Source of the DNA: an uncultured Thermoleophilia bacterium
GTDB taxonomy: Bacteria; Actinomycetota; Thermoleophilia; UBA2241
Length of the DNA: 64,000 nt
Direction: 5' to 3'
NCBI GenBank assembly: GCA_963702475.1
Contig: CAVPCT010000003.1
Span: 384,001-448,000, forward strand
Below the pieces are notes generated by a model that did not search any database, had not been told where the DNA came from, and saw only the letters and a list, made by a program, of their open reading frames with translations. Position 1 is the stretch's first letter. Every line of letters starts with the position of its first letter. Both the position numbers and the translations under genes were made by a program. Shown here piece after piece: positions 60,648 through 64,000 of this stretch.

Positions 60648-61454
60648 GTGACCCGGCGCCGCCCCTCGCTGTTCTGGGCGCTCTGCGCCGTCGCCGGCGC
60701 GGTGCTGGTGGCGTTCGTCGTGCTGCCTGCCGCCGGCATGCTCGCCGGTGCCGGCGCCGGCATGCTTGGCGAGGCGCTTCGTCAGGACGACGTGCGGCGC
60801 TCCCTGTGGCTCACCGTGAGCGCCGCCCTCATCTCCACCGCCATCGCCTTCGTCGCCGGCGTGCCGCTCGCCTACCTGCTCGCGCGCAAGGACTTTCCCG
60901 GCAAGCGTGTGGTGGAGGGCATCATCGACCTGCCCATCGTCTTTCCGCACACCGCCGCCGGCGTCGCCCTTCTCATGGTGTGGGGCCGCGAGGGCGTCGT
61001 GGGGCGGGCGTTCGCCTCGGTGGGCATCACGTTCACCGACACCGTGGCCGGTATCGTCCTGGCGATGCTGTTCGTGAGCCTCCCGTTCCTGGTGGACACC
61101 TCGCGAGAGGCCTTCGCGCTGGTGGACGAACGGTACGAGCACGTGGCCCGCACCCTGGGCTCGTCGCGTGCGGGGGCCTTCGCGCGCGTCACCTTCCCCC
61201 AGGCGTGGCGCGGCGTGTTCTCGGGCGCCGTGCTCATGTGGGGCCGCGGTATCAGCGAGTTCGGTGCCGTCGTCATCCTCGCCTACAACCCCAAGGTGAT
61301 CTCCGTGCTCACCTTCGAGCGGTTCGAGGGGTTCGGGCTCGACGCTGCAGAGCCCCCGGCCGTGCTCATCGTCATCGTCGCCTTCGTCGTCTTCCTCGTG
61401 CTGCGCACGCTGCTGCTGCCGCGACGCAGGCGCTCGCGCAGGGACGCGTCGTGA
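60648..61454 (+). CDS. wtpB: Tungstate/molybdate ABC permease
   Basis: DLPIVFPH.AAG.ALL, ARTLG, W.RGISEFGA. Confidence 0.85.
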   Translation: MTRRRPSLFWALCAVAGAVLVAFVVLPAAGMLAGAGAGMLGEALRQDDVRRSLWLTVSAALISTAIAFVAGVPLAYLLARKDFPGKRVVEGIIDLPIVFPHTAAGVALLMVWGREGVVGRAFASVGITFTDTVAGIVLAMLFVSLPFLVDTSREAFALVDERYEHVARTLGSSRAGAFARVTFPQAWRGVFSGAVLMWGRGISEFGAVVILAYNPKVISVLTFERFEGFGLDAAEPPAVLIVIVAFVVFLVLRTLLLPRRRRSRRDAS

Positions 61455-62533
61455 TCGGCCTCCGGCGGCTCCAGGTCGAGGCCGGCGGCTTTCGCGTGGG
61501 GCCGCTGGACCTCGAGGTGGGCGACGGGGTCTACGGCGTGCTGCTCGGGCCGAGCGGCGCCGGCAAGAGCCTCGTCCTCGAGGCGGCCGCCGGCGTGTGG
61601 CCGCTCCGCGCCGGCGCCGTGCTCGTCGACGGCGAGGAGGTGTCGGCGCGCGCCCCAGAGCGGCGCCGCGTCGGCCTCGTCTTCCAGGACGGCCTGCTGT
61701 TCCCGCACCTGAGCGTGGCCGACAACATCGCCTACGGCCTGCGTGACGAGCCGCGTGTGGGGGCCGGGCGCCGTGGCCGCGCCGCGGCCGTGGCCGCGCT
61801 GGCGGGCTCCGTCGGCGCCGGCCACCTGCTCGAGCGCCGCCCTGCCACGCTCTCGGGCGGCGAGCGGCAGCGAGTCGCGCTGGCGCGCGCCCTCGCGCCC
61901 CGTCCGCGCGTCCTCCTCCTCGACGAGCCGCTCAGCGCCGTCGACACGGAGGCGCGGGAGGAGCTGCAGGAGCTGCTGCGGTCCCTCAGCCGCGAGCGCG
62001 GTCTCACCGTGCTCCACGTCACCCACGACCGCGCCGAGGCGTTCGCCTTGGCCGACGTGTGCGCCGTGCTCGTGGGCGGCCGGCTGCGCCAGACCGGCCG
62101 GCCGCAGGATGTGCTCAGGGAGCCGGCCGACGAGGCGGTCGCCCGGCTCCTCGGCGCGCGCAACGTCCTGCGCGCCTCGCGCGACCCGGCCGATCCCGCG
62201 CGCGCCCTGACCGTCTCAGGACTCACCCTGGCAGTCACGACCCCGCTTCCGGATGGCGCCTTCGACCTGGTCGTCCGCCCCGAGGACGTCGAGGTCCGTC
62301 CGCCCGGCGCCGCGGTGGCGGCAGGCACTGTGGCTCACGCCACCGTGGCTCGCCTCGTCCTGCAGGGCAGCCACGTGCTGGTCGGCGTCGAAGCGCGTGC
62401 AGCGGACGGTGCTCAGGCGCCGCTGGAGGCGCTGCTGGGGCGTCGCCGGGTCGAGGAGTTGGACCTGCGCATCGGGACCGCGATCGAGCTCGTCATCGAC
62501 CCCGCCCACGTCCACGTGATCCCGATCGCGTAG
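61451..62533 (+). CDS. wtpC: Tungstate/molybdate ABC ATPase with C-terminal TOBE-like domain
   Basis: GPSGAGKS, LFPHLSV, LSGGERQR, LDEP, VTHD. Confidence 0.85.
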   Translation: MIGLRRLQVEAGGFRVGPLDLEVGDGVYGVLLGPSGAGKSLVLEAAAGVWPLRAGAVLVDGEEVSARAPERRRVGLVFQDGLLFPHLSVADNIAYGLRDEPRVGAGRRGRAAAVAALAGSVGAGHLLERRPATLSGGERQRVALARALAPRPRVLLLDEPLSAVDTEAREELQELLRSLSRERGLTVLHVTHDRAEAFALADVCAVLVGGRLRQTGRPQDVLREPADEAVARLLGARNVLRASRDPADPARALTVSGLTLAVTTPLPDGAFDLVVRPEDVEVRPPGAAVAAGTVAHATVARLVLQGSHVLVGVEARAADGAQAPLEALLGRRRVEELDLRIGTAIELVIDPAHVHVIPIA

Positions 62534-62622
62534 CGGTCGTAACGCCGTTTGCAGAACGCCCGCCGGGGAATGTGTGAGCCGACAGGCCGCGAGGCGCGGC
62601 GTCCCCAGCGGAGGAGGGTCCC

Positions 62623-62826
62623 ATGGCAATCAGCGCGAGAAACCAGCTCCCTGGCACGGTCAAGAGCGTCGTCCTCGGCACGGTGATGGCGGAGGTCGTC
62701 GTGGACGTGGCGGGGCACGAGGTGGTCTCGGCCATCACGCGGCACGCGGTGGAGCGCCTGGACCTCAAGGCCGGCGACGAGGTCAAGGCCATCATCAAGT
62801 CCACGGAGGTCATGATAGAGAAGTGA
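62623..62826 (+). CDS. mop: Molbindin (Mop/TOBE)
   Basis: ISARNQL.G.V, SAIT, IIKST.V. Confidence 0.92.
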   Translation: MAISARNQLPGTVKSVVLGTVMAEVVVDVAGHEVVSAITRHAVERLDLKAGDEVKAIIKSTEVMIEK

Positions 62827-62916
62827 CGCATGGGCGCCCCGGCGTTAGACTCGTTGTGAACTGACGCCCATTCGGCGGCGCCCTGCGCCGTCCGTCCGAG
62901 GAAGAACGGCCAGCGC

Positions 62917-63882
62917 GTGAACGCCATCCCCGACAGGGTGCAGGGCCGCGTGGATTACCTGCGCCTCTCGATCACCGACCGCTGTAACCTGCGCTGCGCG
63001 TACTGCATGCCGCCAGAGGGCGTACCGGCGCGCGCCCACGGCGAGATCCTGAGCTACGAGGAGCTCGCCGCCTTCGCGCGCGTCGCCGCCGGCTGCGGCA
63101 TCAGCAAGGTGCGCATCACCGGCGGCGAACCGCTCGTGCGCCACGGCTGCGCCGACCTGGTGGCGATGCTCGCCCGCACCAGCGGCATCCGCGACCTCTC
63201 GCTGACTACCAACGGCACGCTGCTCGCGCGCTTCGCCGGCGAGCTCCGCGACGCGGGCCTGAGCCGTGTCAACATCAGCCTGGACAGCCTGGACGAGGCG
63301 CGCTTCGCCGAAGTCACGCGTGGTGGCCGGCTCGGCGACGCGCTGGCCGGCCTGGATGCCGCGTTCGCGGCCGGCTTCGCGCCGGTCAAGGTGAACACCC
63401 TCCTGCTCGAGGGCGTTGAGGACGAGTTGCCGGCGTTCGTCGACCTCACGCGAGCGCGCGAGGTGCACGTGCGTTTCATCGAGTTCATGCCGCTGGACCG
63501 CCGGCTGGGCGGGAGCGGCCGCCTGGTGCCGGCGCCGCAGGTGCTGCAGCGGCTGCGCGAGCTGTACGAGCTGGTGCCGCACGAGGGGCCGCTGGGACAC
63601 GGGCCGGCGCAGTACTGGCACGTGCCCGGGGCTCTCGGCACCATCGGCTTCATCGCCGGCGTCTCCGAGCACTTCTGCGAGAGCTGCAACCGCCTGCGTC
63701 TCACGGCCGACGGGCGTCTGCGCACCTGCCTGTTCTCGGGCGAGGAGACCGCCGTGCGGCCGCTCATCTCCCGCCCGGAGGAGCTGCGCGCCGCCATCCT
63801 CGCCGCGGTCTCGGGCAAGAGCTTCGACCGCTGCGCCGAGCGGCGCGCCAACGAGCGCGCCATGTCCGAGATCGGCGGCTGA
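62917..63882 (+). CDS. moaA: GTP 3',8-cyclase
   Basis: LRLSITDRCNLRCAYCMP, FCESCNRLRLT.DG..C, C-terminal MSEIGG. Confidence 0.97.
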   Translation: MNAIPDRVQGRVDYLRLSITDRCNLRCAYCMPPEGVPARAHGEILSYEELAAFARVAAGCGISKVRITGGEPLVRHGCADLVAMLARTSGIRDLSLTTNGTLLARFAGELRDAGLSRVNISLDSLDEARFAEVTRGGRLGDALAGLDAAFAAGFAPVKVNTLLLEGVEDELPAFVDLTRAREVHVRFIEFMPLDRRLGGSGRLVPAPQVLQRLRELYELVPHEGPLGHGPAQYWHVPGALGTIGFIAGVSEHFCESCNRLRLTADGRLRTCLFSGEETAVRPLISRPEELRAAILAAVSGKSFDRCAERRANERAMSEIGG

Positions 63883-63884
63883 GC

Positions 63885-64000
63885 GTGAACAGCCACCGCA
63901 GGCGGGCTGACGAGCGGTGTACCGAAGAGGCACCGCTCTGCGAGCTCAGTCACATCGACGAGCAGGGCCGCGCGCGCATGGTGGACGTGGGCGCCAAGGA
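63885..64000 (+). CDS. moaC: Cyclic pyranopterin monophosphate synthase, 5' part
   Basis: LSHIDEQGRARMVDVGAK. Confidence 0.9.
   Translation, partial: MNSHRRRADERCTEEAPLCELSHIDEQGRARMVDVGAK

Overview
High-GC chromosomal segment, probably actinobacterial; an anaerobic Thermoleophilia-like lineage is my inference only. Housekeeping blocks: purA-purD-purE-2xRidA / purB / purC, aroA, pabB-pabC, rpsF-ssb-rpsR-rplI-dnaB. Main results: (1) a dimethylamine methyltransferase mtbB split by an in-frame TAG at the conserved pyrrolysine position (7292-7294), next to the end of an MttB-family gene; (2) a ~13.5-kb Mo/W-cofactor locus (50.5-64 kb) with two Moco-class riboswitches, one with and one without P3, controlling an unusual ECF transporter (NTPase-EcfA-EcfA' fusion), a family of exported molybdopterin-oxidoreductase-like proteins (one pair joined by a candidate +1 shifty stop), WtpABC, Mop, moaA and moaC, which is a candidate pterin-cofactor scavenging system; (3) an ECF sigma/anti-sigma module sharing a 33-bp promoter motif with two repeat-domain lipoproteins; (4) a pseudopilin-like domain on three non-pilin exported proteins; (5) a Rieske-glutaredoxin-FTR-Rieske-SOD redox cluster; (6) GTAG-tagged REP-like repeats at gene junctions; (7) a probable ATC start codon for rpsF. 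No rRNA, tRNA, CRISPR or transposase was recognised. All family assignments come from motif recognition by eye; no searches were run.
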